A stretch of 64,000 nt of DNA from Macrostomum lignano (lineage: Eukaryota). Under the pieces are notes generated by a model, which saw only the letters and a program-made list of their open reading frames with translations, did not search any database and was not told the origin of the DNA. This document shows positions 36,606 through 49,200 of the stretch, piece after piece; position 1 is the stretch's first letter; each line of letters opens with the position of its first letter. The position numbers and the translations under genes are program-made. The stretch covers positions 186,001-250,000 of the forward strand of contig NIVC01000146.1 of the NCBI GenBank assembly GCA_002269645.1. Reading direction: 5' to 3'.

Positions 36606-37569
36606 ACAGATAAGCAAGTCTGCCAAAAATAGAGTAATTAATAAAACACGGAAAAAATTGACAAGCTCCGACAACTGCGGGACAGACAAACCAATCCCCC
36701 AACGGCCTTCGGCGAGGCGAGATACGCGACTCTAGCGACCGTCTCCAGCCCAGCTGTCGGACCATTGCTAGCCGCGAGTGCCCTTTGAATGCCAGGACAG
36801 CCCGGCCGCCGCCTGTCAGTGTGACAAATGCGATATTTTATTGACTGACTGAGATCCCTGGCGCCGTCTTGACAGAATTGAAGAACTGCCAAGGCTGAGG
36901 CGTGGGGGGAGGTGTTGGCTGTGAAAAAAATCGGCCCACCAGTCCTCGAAGACCGCATAAATGAGGACGCATTCGACCAGAAAATTCGCGGGCCCATTGA
37001 CATTGAAGCCAATAGCTATGGTGTATATAAATATAATGCGAGGGGCTGCTCAATCTCAGACAGTTATGCAAATGCGACCAGCTGCCGCGCAACTCAGCAT
37101 CGTCACCTTTCCCCTACTGCAGACTCCTCCTCCTCCCACCCATCATCTTATAGGCGCCCGATGCGAAAGGAAAAGTTGGCGACGCGTAAAGCCGGCCGGC
37201 CCGGCCCGGCCTGTCAGGGAGGTTTTCTACTCGGCCAACTCCGGAGCGCCCGCCTACTTCCCGGCTCCTCCTTCCACTTCTCAGCCATCCGCCCTGCATC
37301 CGAACTTCCCGGTGCCAAGAAGGTCTGGCTGGCTGTGACGGCGCAAACGCAATCCGGAGCCGCATGGCAGCCAGGGGGGGGGGGAACAAAGACTCCGGGA
37401 CAGCACTCGAAATTCGGATCGCTGACTCCGCCGCCTCGTCAGCTTTCACTTTTCTGAGTTGCGCGGCTTTGTCTGCCAGAGTTTCCACAGGGCCGCCGAG
37501 TTCTGTTCTACAGTGCTCTGGCTCGGCCTCTTAAAGTTGCAAGTGCTGCTAGCTGCTCTTAGCTACTAG

Positions 37570-39010
37570 TGGTATCTGTCTCATTGCCTGGTCTCTGATC
37601 TTGTCCGGTATCTGTCTGGTCTTGTCCGGTATCTGTCTAGCCTTGTCTCTGGTATCTGTCTGGTCTTGTCTCTGGTATCTGTCTCATTGTCTGGTCTCTG
37701 ATCTTGTCTGGTATCTGTCTGATCTTGTCCGGTATCTGTCTGGTCTTGTCTCTGGTATCTGTCTCATTGTCTGGTCTCTGATCTTGTCCGGTATCTGTCT
37801 GGTCTTGTCTCTGGTATCTGTCTCATTGTCTGGTCTCTGATCTTGTCCGGTATCTGTCTGGTCTTGTCTCTGGTATCTGTCTCATTGTCTGGTCTCTGAT
37901 CTTGTCCGGTATCTGTCTGGTCTTGTCCGGTATCTGTCTGGTCTTGTCTCTGGTATCTGTCTGGTCTTGTCTCTGGTATCTGTCTCATTGTCTGGTCTCT
38001 GATCTTGTCTGGTATCTGTCTGGTCTTGTCCGGTATCTGTCTAGCCTTGTCTCTGGTATCTGTCTGGTCTTGTCCGGTATCTGTCTGGTCTTGTCTCTGG
38101 TATCTGTCTGGTCTTGTCTCTGGTATCTGTCTCATTGTCTGGTCTCTGATCTTGTCCGGTATCTGTCTGGTCTTGTCTCTGGTATCTGTCTCATTGTCTG
38201 GTCTCTGATCTTGTCCGGTATCTGTCTGGTCTTGTCCGGTATCTGTCTGGTCTTGTCTCTGGTATCTGTCTGGTCTTGTCTCTGGTATCTGTCTCATTGT
38301 CTGGTCTCTGATCTTGTCTGGTATCTGTCTGGTCTTGTCCGGTATCTGTCTAGCCTTGTCTCTGGTATCTGTCTGGTCTTGTCCGGTATCTGTCTGGTCT
38401 TGTCTCTGGTATCTGTCTGGTCTTGTCTCTGGTATCTGTCTCATTGTCTGGTCTCTGATCTTGTCCGGTATCTGTCTGGTCTTGTCTCTGGTATCTGTCT
38501 CATTGTCTGGTCTCTGATCTTGTCCGGTATCTGTCTGGTCTTGTCCGGTATCTGTCTGGTCTTGTCTCTGGTATCTGTCTGGTCTTGTCTCTGGTATCTG
38601 TCTCATTGTCTGGTCTCTGATCTTGTCCGGTATCTGTCTGGTCTTGTCTCTGGTATCTGTCTGGTCTTGTCTCCGGTATCTGTCTGGTCTTGTCCGGAAT
38701 CTGTCTGGTCTTGTCTCTGGTATCTGTCTGGTCTTGTCTCTGGTATCTGTCTGGTCTTGTCTCTGCATCAGTCAGGTCTGATCTGGTCTCAGTCAGGTCA
38801 GATCTGGTCTCAGTCAGGTCAGATCTGGTCTCAGTCAGGTCAGATCTGGTCTCAGTCAGGTCAGATCTGGTCTCAATCAGGTCAAAAAAATAAAAGTCTG
38901 GTCTCTTGATCTTGTCTGGTATCTGTCTGGTCTTGTCCGGTATCTGTCTAGCCTTGTCTCTGGTATCTGTATGGTCTTGTCCGGTATCTGTCTGGTCTTG
39001 TCCGGTATCT
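37570..39010. repeat. ~23-bp higher-order array (GGTATCTGTCTGGTCTTGTCTCT) with an embedded 21-bp block (CAGTCAGGTCAGATCTGGTCT); mirror at 40570-42345
   Basis: Direct reading. Confidence 0.96.
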
Positions 39011-39808
39011 NNNNNNNNNNNNNNNNNNNNNNNNNNNNNNNNNNNNNNNNNNNNNNNNNNNNNNNNNNNNNNNNNNNNNNNNNNNNNNNNNNNNNNNNNN
39101 NNNNNNNNNNNNNNNNNNNNNNNNNNNNNNNNNNNNNNNNNNNNNNNNNNNNNNNNNNNNNNNNNNNNNNNNNNNNNNNNNNNNNNNNNNNNNNNNNNNN
39201 NNNNNNNNNNNNNNNNNNNNNNNNNNNNNNNNNNNNNNNNNNNNNNNNNNNNNNNNNNNNNNNNNNNNNNNNNNNNNNNNNNNNNNNNNNNNNNNNNNNN
39301 NNNNNNNNNNNNNNNNNNNNNNNNNNNNNNNNNNNNNNNNNNNNNNNNNNNNNNNNNNNNNNNNNNNNNNNNNNNNNNNNNNNNNNNNNNNNNNNNNNNN
39401 NNNNNNNNNNNNNNNNNNNNNNNNNNNNNNNNNNNNNNNNNNNNNNNNNNNNNNNNNNNNNNNNNNNNNNNNNNNNNNNNNNNNNNNNNNNNNNNNNNNN
39501 NNNNNNNNNNNNNNNNNNNNNNNNNNNNNNNNNNNNNNNNNNNNNNNNNNNNNNNNNNNNNNNNNNNNNNNNNNNNNNNNNNNNNNNNNNNNNNNNNNNN
39601 NNNNNNNNNNNNNNNNNNNNNNNNNNNNNNNNNNNNNNNNNNNNNNNNNNNNNNNNNNNNNNNNNNNNNNNNNNNNNNNNNNNNNNNNNNNNNNNNNNNN
39701 NNNNNNNNNNNNNNNNNNNNNNNNNNNNNNNNNNNNNNNNNNNNNNNNNNNNNNNNNNNNNNNNNNNNNNNNNNNNNNNNNNNNNNNNNNNNNNNNNNNN
39801 NNNNNNNG
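39011..39808. other. Assembly gap (798 N) at the symmetry centre
   Basis: Run of N. Confidence 1.
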
Positions 39809-40190
39809 GGAAGAAGAGAGGAGAGGAGAGAGGGAAGAAGAGAGAGAGAGGAGAGAGGGAAGAAGAGAGAGGAGAGAGAGAGGAAGAAGAGAGAGGAGAG
39901 GAGAGAGGGAAGAAGAGAGAGGAGAGGAGAGAGGGAAGAAGAGAGAGGAGAGGAGAGAGGGAAGAAGAGAGAGGAGAGGAGAGAGGGAAGAAGAGAGAGG
40001 AGAGGAGAGAGGGAAGAAGAGAGAGGAGAGGAGAGGAGAAGAGGGAAGAAGAGAAGGAGAGAAGAGAGAGGAGAGGGGAGAAGGGAGAGGAGAGAGGGAA
40101 GGAGAGAGAGGAGAGGAGAGAGAGAGGGAAGGAGAGGAGAGGAGAGGAGAGAAGGGAGAGGAGAGCATATTAGAGAGAAGGGAGAAGAGA
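39809..40190. repeat. Polypurine GA-rich tract (AGAGG/GAAGA)
   Basis: Almost exclusively A and G for about 350 bp. Only one copy is visible. Confidence 0.95.
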
Positions 40191-40199
40191 TACAAGCCT

Positions 40200-40258
40200 T
40201 GAGCGGCCGGATTGGTATATCGTGAAAGGACCCCGAGGGCCGGAGTTGCCGACCCCTT
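40200..40258 (-). mobile_element. hAT (Charlie/MER58-like) transposon terminus fragment
   Basis: Reverse complement reads AGGGGTCGGCAACTCCGGCCCTCGGGG...AATCCGGCCGC, resembling the CAGGGGTCGGCAAACT.CGGCCC.CGGG termini of Charlie-type hAT elements (from memory, not a database hit). The partner end is not visible. Confidence 0.45.
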
Positions 40259-43200
40259 GGCTTAGTGACTAAAATTGTCTAGAAATTGTCTTTTATTCTA
40301 ATCTCATACCGCAACATACAACCCCTACAAACGAAAGATCTTAGAGCAACAACGCTTTCATGTTGTATTTTTTAATTGTGCTTTTTTGCTGAACTGGAAT
40401 GAACTGGAGCAATCTTTTTTTAATTATTATAAATCCCTTTAAGTACACCGAGCCCAGATTGCACTGGAGAGTTATTATTAGTGTCAATTAGTTGCTATTA
40501 ATAGAATTAATTTAATTTAGTCAAAATCCTTTGTAAGCCTCTTGCACCGTTTTACTTGCTTTTATTTTTTGACCTGATTTGAGACCAGATCTGACCTGAC
40601 TGAGACCAGATCTGACCTGACTGAGACCAGATCTGACCTGACTGAGACCAGATCTGACCTGACTGAGACCAGATCTGACCTGACTGAGACCAGATCAGAC
40701 CTGACTGATGCCAGAGACAAGACCAGACAGATACCAGAGACAAGACCAGACAGATACCAGAGACAAGACCAGACAGATTCCGGACAAGACCAGACAGATA
40801 CCGGAGACAAGACCAGACAGATACCAGAAACAAGACCAGACAGATACCGGACAAGATCAGAGACAGACAATGAGACAGATACCAGAGACAAGACCAGACA
40901 GATACCAGAGACAAGACCAGACAGATACCGGACAAGACCAGACAGATACCGGACAAGACCATACAGATACCAGAGACAAGGCTAGACAGATACCGGACAA
41001 GACCAGACAGATACCAGACAAGATCAGAGACCAGACTTTTATTTTTTGACCTGATTGAGACCAGATCTGACCTGACTGAGACCAGATCTGACCTGACTGA
41101 GACCAGATCTGACCTGACTGAGACCAGATCTGACCTGACTGAGACCAGATCACTGACTGATGCCAGAGACAAGACCAGACATACCAGAGACAAGACCAGA
41201 CAGATACCAGAGACAAGACCAGACAGATTCCGGACAAGACCAGACAGATACCGGAGACAAGACCAGACAGATACCAGAAACAAGACCAGACAGATACCGG
41301 ACAAGATCACCAGACAATGAGACAGATACCAGAGACAAGACCAGACAGATACCAGAGACAAGACCAGACAGATACCGGACAAGACCAGACAGATACCGGA
41401 CAAGATCAGAGACCAGACAATGAGACAGATACCAGAGACAAGACCAGACAGATACCGGACAAGATCAGAGACCAGACAATGAGACAGATACCAGAGACAA
41501 GACCAGACAGATACCAGAGACAAGACCAGACAGATACCGGACAAGACCAGACAGATACCAGAGACAAGGCTAGACAGATACCGGACAAGACCAGACAGAT
41601 ACCAGACAAGATCAGAGACCAGATGAGACCCAGAGACAAGACCAGACAGATACCAGAGACAAGACCAGACAGATACCGGACAAGACCAGACAGATACCGG
41701 ACAAGATCAGAGACCAGACAATGAGACAGATACCAGAGACAAGACCAGACAGATACCGGACAAGATCAGAGACCAGACAATGAGACAGATACCAGAGACA
41801 AGACCAGACAGATACCAGAGACAAGACCAGACAGATACCGGACAAGACCAGACAGATACCAGAGACAAGGCTAGACAGATACCGGACAAGACCAGACAGA
41901 TACCAGACAAGATCAGAGACCAGACAATGAGACAGATACCAGAGACAAGACCAGACAGATACCAGAGACAAGACCAGACAGATACCGGACAAGACCAGAC
42001 AGATACCGGACAAGATCAGAGACCAGACAATGAGACAGATACCAGAGACAAGACCAGACAGATACCGGACAAGATCAGAGACCAGACAATGAGACAGATA
42101 CCAGAGACAAGACCAGACAGATACCGGACAAGATCAGAGACCAGACAATGAGACAGATACCAGAGACAAGACCAGACAGATACCGGACAAGATCAGACAG
42201 ATACCAGACAAGATCAGAGACCAGACAATGAGACAGATACCAGAGACAAGACCAGACAGATACCAGAGACAAGGCTAGACAGATACCGGACAAGACCAGA
42301 CAGATACCGGACAAGATCAGAGACCAGGCAATGAGACAGATACCACTAGTAGCTAAGAGCAGCTAGCAGCACTTGCAACTTTAAGAGGCCGAGCCAGAGC
42401 ACTGTAGAACAGAACTCGGCGGCCCTGTGGAAACTCTGGCAGACAAAGCCGCGCAACTCAGAAAAGTGAAAGCTGACGAGGCGGCGGAGTCAGCGATCCG
42501 AATTTCGAGTGCTGTCCCGGAGTCTTTGTTCCCCCCCCCCCTGGCTGCCATGCGGCTCCGGATTGCGTTTGCGCCGTCACAGCCAGCCAGACCTTCTTGG
42601 CACCGGGAAGTTCGGATGCAGGGCGGATGGCTGAGAAGTGGAAGGAGGAGCCGGGAAGTAGGCGGCGCTCCGGAGTTGGCCGAGTAGAAAAACCTCCCTG
42701 ACAGGCCGGGCCGGGCCGGCCGGCTTTACGCGTCGCCAACTTTTCCTTTCGCATCGGGCGCCTATAAGATGATGGGTGGGAGGAGGAGGAGTCTGCAGTA
42801 GGGGAAAGGTGACGATGCTGAGTTGCGCGGCAGCTGTCGCATTTGCATAACTGTCTGAGATTGAGCAGCCCCTCGCATTATATTTATATACACCATAGCT
42901 ATTGGCTTCAATGTCAATGGGCCCGCGAATTTTCTGGTCGAATGCGTCCTCATTTATGCGGTCTTCGAGGACTGGTGGGCCGATTTTTTTCACAGCCAAC
43001 ACCTCCCCCCACGCCTCAGCCTTGGCAGTTCTTCAATTCTGTCAAGACGGCGCCAGGGATCTCAGTCAGTCAATAAAATATCGCATTTGTCACACTGACA
43101 GGCGGCGGCCGGGCTGTCCTGGCATTCAAAGGGCACTCGCGGCTAGCAATGGTCCGACAGCTGGGCTGGAGACGGTCGCTAGAGTCGCGTATCTCGCCTC

Positions 43201-46200
43201 GCCGAAGGCCGTTGGGGATTGGTTTGTCTGTCCCGCAGTTGTCGGAGCTTGTCAATTTTTTCCGTGTTTTATTAATTACTCTATTTTTGGCAGACTTGCT
43301 TATCTGTCAGGGGGCGCTACCTTGGGGACACCATCGTCAGGGGTGCCACCTTGGGGACACCATCGTCAGGGCCGCCATCTTGGGACACCATCGTCAGGGC
43401 GGCCATCTTGGGGACACCATTGTCAGGGGCGCCACCTTGGGGACACCATTGTCAGGGGCGCCATCTTAGGGACACCATCTTCAGGGGCGCCACTTTGGGG
43501 ACACCATCTTCAGGGGCGCCACCTTGGGGACACCATCTTCAGGGGCGCCATCTTGGGGACACCATCTTCAGGGGCGCCACCTTGGGGACACCATCTTCAG
43601 GGGCGCCATCTTGGGGACACCATCTTCAGGGGCGCCACCTTGGGGACACCATCTTCAGGGGTGCCACCTCGGGGACACCATTGTCAGGGGCGCCATCTTA
43701 GGGACACCATCTTCAGGGGCGCCACTTTGGGGACACCATCTTCAGGGGCGCCACCTTGGGGACACCATCCTCAGGGGCGCCACCTTGGGGACACCATCTT
43801 CAGGGGCGCCATCTTGGGGACACCATCTTCAGGGGCGCCATCTTGGGGACACCATTGTCAGGGGCGCCATCTTGGGGACACCATCTTCAGGGGCGCCACC
43901 TTGGGGACACCATCTTCAGGGGCGCCATCTTGGGGACACCATCTTCAGGGGCGCCACCTTGGGGACACCATCTTCAGGGGCGCCACCTTGAAGACACCAT
44001 CTTCAGGGGCGCCACCTTGAAGACACCATCTTCAGGGGCGCCACCTTGGGGACACCATTGTCAGGGCACCATCTTGGGGACACCATCTTCAGGGGTGCCA
44101 CCTCGGGGACACCATCTTCAGGGGCGCCACCTCGGGGACACCATTTCAGGGGCGCCACCTCGGGGACACCATTGTCAGAGGCGCCATTTTGGGGACACCA
44201 TTGTCAGAGGCGCCATCTTGGGGACACCATTGTCAGAGGCGCCATCTTGGGGACACCATCTTCAGGGGCGCCACCTTGGGGACCCCATCGTCAGGGGCGC
44301 CACCTTGGGGACACCATCTTCAGGGGCGCCATCTTGGGGACATCATCGTCAGGGCGGCCATCTTGGGGACACCATCTTCAGGGGTGCCACCTCGGGGACA
44401 CCATTGTCAGGGGCGCCATCTTAGGGACACCATCTTCAGGGGCGCCACCTTGGGGACACCATCTTCAGGGGCGCCACCTTGGGGACACCATCCTCAGGGG
44501 CGCCACCTTGGGGACACCATCTTCAGGGGCGCCATCTTGGGGACACCATCTTCAGGGGCGCCACCTTGGGGACACCATCTTCAGGGGCGCCATCTTGGGG
44601 ACACCATCTTCAGGGCGCCACCTTGGGGACACCATCTTCAGGGGCGCCACCTTGGGGACACCATTGTCAGGGGCGCCATCTTGGGGACACCATTGTCAGA
44701 GGCGCCATCTTGGGGACACCATCTTCAGGGGCGCCACCTTGGGGACCCATCGTCAGGGGCGCCATCTTGGGGACACCATCTTCAGGGGTGCCACCTCGGG
44801 GACACCATCTTCAGGGGCGCCACCTCGGGGACACCATTGTCAGGGGCGCCACCTCGGGGACACCATTGTCAGAGGCGCCATCTTGGGGACACCATTGTCA
44901 GAGGCGCCATCTTGGGGACACCATTGTCAGAGGCGCCATCTTGGGGACACCATCTTCAGGGGCGCCATCTTGGGGACACCATTGTCAGGGGCGCCATCTT
45001 GGGGACACCATTGTCAGGGGCGCCGCCAATTTGGGGACACCATTGTCAGGGGCGCCGCCAATTTGGGGACACCATTGTCAGGGGCGCCATCTTGGGGACA
45101 CCATTGTCAGGGGCGCCGCCAATTTGGGGACACCATTGTCAGGGGCGCCGCCAATTTGGGGACACCATTGTCAGGGGCGCCGCCAATTTGGGGACACCAT
45201 TGTCAGGGGCGCCGCCAATTTGGGGACACCATTGTCAGGGGCGCCACCCTGGGGACACCATCGTCAGGGGCGCCATCTTGGGACACCATCGTCAGGGGCA
45301 CCACCTTAAGGACACCATTGCCAGGGACGCCGTTAATTTGGGGACACCATTGTAGATACCATTGTCAGGGGCGCCGCTAATTTGGGGACACCATTGTCAG
45401 GGGCGCCGCCAATTTGGGGACACCATTGTCAGGGGCGCCGCCAATTTGGGGACACCATTGTCAGGGGCGCCACCTTGGGGACACCATCGTCAGGGGCGCC
45501 ATCTTGGGGACACCATTGTCAGGGGCGCCATCTTGGGGACACCATTGTCAGGGGCGCCGCCAATTTGGGGACACCATTGTCAGGGGCGCCGCCAATTTGG
45601 GGACACCATTGTCAGGGGCGCCATCTTGGGGACACCATTGTCAGGGGCGCCGCCAATTTGGGGACACCATTGTCAGGGGCGCCGCCAATTTGGGGACACC
45701 ATTGTCAGGGGCGCCGCCAATTTGGGGACACCATTGTCAGGGCGCCGCCAATTTGGGGACACCATTGTCAGGGGCGCCGCCAATTTGGGGACACCATTGT
45801 CAGGGGCGCCGCCAATTTGGGGACACCATTGTCAGGGGCGCCGCCAATTTGGGGACACCATTGTCAGGGGCGCCACCTTGGGACACCATCGTCAGGGGCG
45901 CCATCTTGGGGACACCATCGTCAGGGGCACCACCTTAAGGACACCATTGTCAGGGGCGCCCTGGTAAAAAGTAGAATGGTGTAAGAATTTTAGTAGCTCG
46001 TAAAAATACGACCATGTCACGGTGGCGCGGCGAGAGAAGCCTCTCGTTGAGATCCGGGCTTCAAAGTCTGCGATCGGGAGGGGGGCAGAGCAGACAAAGA
46101 GGATCGGCGAGAGGAGCAAAAAAGCTCGAGAAGAAATCCCTTCTTGACTTCGGCAAGGCCTGCCTGCCCTTCTCCTTATTTTATTCCCAATATTCGAATC

Positions 46201-49200
46201 GATCAACCGAATTCGAGGGCCCGGGCAAATCCCCAGACAGGCTACGGATAGTGGTCCCCGTCAAAGGGGGGTCCAGCGTCCCCGCTCTCCAGCTTCCCTT
46301 CTCCATCGGGCTTATAAAGCCTTACCTGGCGCGTTCTCTCCTGCGCTCGGTCAGCCGTGCGCGCATTTATTGGGGATCCGGGGGGGGGGGTCTGTCTCCC
46401 AGCGATCCCATTTCCCATGCAGTCGCTGATCATTCGAGGGCCTCTCCGCTGCGTGCGAATCTGCAGTCTTCCCAATTCTGCCTTGGCTTCCTCCTGTAAG
46501 CCTCCCCCATCCCACGGTACTACGGGACCCAGGTGCCCTTGCTCGAGCACCTTCGTGCTCAAGTGCGCTGGCTGCGCTGGTGCTCACAGCCGGTGTGAGC
46601 CTCTCTTGTTGGGCCGGGTTTGAATTTCCTTTGTCACTCATTTGCGACACCAGCCTCTCCCGATGGAGCATCAGTTTCTAATTGATGAACCGCTTTGTTC
46701 ACTTTCTGCGGGGACTCCAGTTTACAACACTGTTCAAATAGGTCACTTAGAACACAGAGAGCGCCAGATTAGAATCCAGAGAGCGCCAGATTAGAATCCA
46801 GAGAGCGCCAGATTAGAATCCAGAGAGCGCCAGATTAGAATCCAGAGAGCGCCAGATTAGAATCCAGAGAGCGCCAGATTAGAATCTAGAGAGCGCCAGA
46901 TTAGAATCCAGGGAGCGCCAGATTAGAATCCAGAGAGCGCCAGATTAGAACACAGAGAGCGCCAGATTAGAATCCAGAGAGCGCCAGATTAGAATCCAGA
47001 GAGCGCCAGATTAGAATCCAGAGAGCGCCAGATTAGAATCCAGAGAGCGCCAGATTAGAACACAGAGAGCGCCAGATTAGAATCCAGAGAGCGACAGATT
47101 AGAATCCAGAGCGCGCCAGATTAGAATCCAGAGAGCGCCAGATTAGAATCCAGAGAGCGCCAGATTAGAATCCAGAGAGCGCAGATTAGAATCTAGGAGA
47201 GCGCCAGATTAGAATCCAGAGAACGCCAGATTAGAATCCAGGAGAGCGCAGATTAGAATCTAGGAGAGCGCCAGATTAGAATCCAGAGAGCGCCAGATTA
47301 GAATCCAGAGAGCGCCAGATTAGAATCTAGGAGAGCGCCAGATTAGAATCTAGGAGAGCGCCAGATTAGAATCTAGGAGAGCGCCAGATTAGAATCTAGG
47401 AGAGCGCCAGATTAGAATCCAGAGAGCGCCAGATTAGAATCTAGGAGAGCGCCAGATTATAATCTAGGAGAGCGCCAGATTAGAATCTATTAGAGCGCCA
47501 GATTAGAATCCAGAGAGCGCCAGATTAGAATCCAGAGAGCGCCAGATTAGAATTTAGAGAGCGACAAATTAGAATCTGGAGAGCGCCAGATTAGAATCTA
47601 GAGAGCGCCAGATTAGAATCCAGAGAGCGCAGATTAGAACCCAACTGACAACATTCTAAATGTACAAGATGGGTAACATTGTGGATCTTGAATATTTACG
47701 AGTAAGTGGGAAGTGTAGACTTACTTGTAATCAATTGGGTTTACGAACATCGAATATTCACCTGACTGAACCCGAAAGCTGATCCACAGTCCTGAATGAT
47801 TAATCAAAGGTGAGAAAACTTGCGAAACTCGAGATCAACATCTTTTTCGCGCTGCCAAGTAGGCAAATCAACAACAGAAACAACACACAGAGTTGTCAGT
47901 GCGTCTCTTTTGCCCTTCGAATGTTTCTTGATCAAGAGTTTCCTCTTGCAAGTCGCGTCCACGGAGTCCTGTGCGCACCTCTTGCTCAGAACTTTCTCTC
48001 TCTGATTGGCTGAAGCCAAGCGGAAAACTATAATGATGAGCCCTGCGGAGCCCCGGGGCTCGCCGGGGACCTGCATGCGGTGCGCAAACAAAGTGGCCTA
48101 ATTGAACCGGAGCTACCCGGACCCCCAGGCGGACAAACATTCGCCACAACCCGGGGACGAATTGAGAATCAACACGCGGGAGGGGCGAGATTTTTCTGTT
48201 TCGTGTTTGGGAAATTTATCCCCTAAAACCTTCGATGCCTATGCGAGCGACTGATCGAACTCCCAGAGCTGGGGAAATTGTTCCGCATTCAGCCAAGCGA
48301 ACTGGAGGGAGTTTCGCTTGCTGGCTCCCCTCCTCGAATGCCTTGGCCACTTTCTCCCAGCCAAGGAGGCCCAGTGCAAGGACCTGGAAGGGAGTGTTTG
48401 ACAAGCTTGAAAATTTCCAGTTGCTTCCGCTGGCTCGCAAACTTGATTGAATTCGACAAACACTTGTGAAGTTCCGAGCTTGTGAAGTTCCGAGCTTGTG
48501 AAGTTCCGAGCTTGTGAAGTTTTGAGCTTGTGAAGTTTCGAGCTTGTGAAGTTTCGAGCTTGTGAAGTTTCGAGCTTGTGAAGTTTCGAGCTTGTGAAGT
48601 TTCGAGCTTGTGAAGTTTTGAGCTTGTAAAAGCAAAAGTATTGACAGCAGTTTTAAGCTTTTGTTCAGAGCCGCTGTTTTATCGGGCCTCCAGCACCCCA
48701 GCTTCCTAGTCCCAGATCTCCTTGGCCCCATACGGAGCCCCGCATCCCGCAGCCCCCCCCCCCATCTCCCTTTCACAACCCCGATTTCACGCCCGGCTGG
48801 GCCGCCACAGCCAGCAAGATTTGACAAAGTCTGCTGTTCTGTGAACAGTGAGCACCCCATTAGCCGATCTGACGTTTGAGTCCCATATTCTCTATTATTA
48901 TATCATGATGGCGAATTTCAATTTCGATGCAGCCTCTCAGCTTTAGTCTTTTTTTTGCTTTTAGAATTCGTATTAAACTCTTTACAGGTCTGCGCTGCTC
49001 CGAGCTCCATCTTCTCAAATCCTCGCTTTGACTGCTTTGTGATCCCAACTTGTTAGCCTTTGCTCCGAGCACGCACTGTTCACCCGCCTCCCCCCCCCCG
49101 CTTCCCCTAATTACCGCACCTGCATTCGCCTTCTGCTCTGGAGCTCCTTCCCCACGCGTTTCTCACTCGTTTGCTTAGGGGGAGCCACTATCAGCTGCTG

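Larger units (their letters stand above)
14849..39010 (+). repeat. Left arm of giant inverted duplication (outer limit set by the window edge)
   Basis: The last bases of the window (CAAGATAATG) are the reverse complement of 14849-14858. Unique blocks and arrays recur in exact mirror order. Confidence 0.97.

Noticed and set aside
36912-37457. 181-aa non-repetitive ORF as a protein-coding gene
   Set aside because: No recognisable domain, it spans TATA-like sequence, and 1-bp differences change its frame in the mirror copy (42458-43002).
5690-45962. 30-39-bp arrays as CRISPR arrays
   Set aside because: Units are directly adjacent with no unique spacers, there are no cas genes, and the context is a spliced eukaryotic locus.
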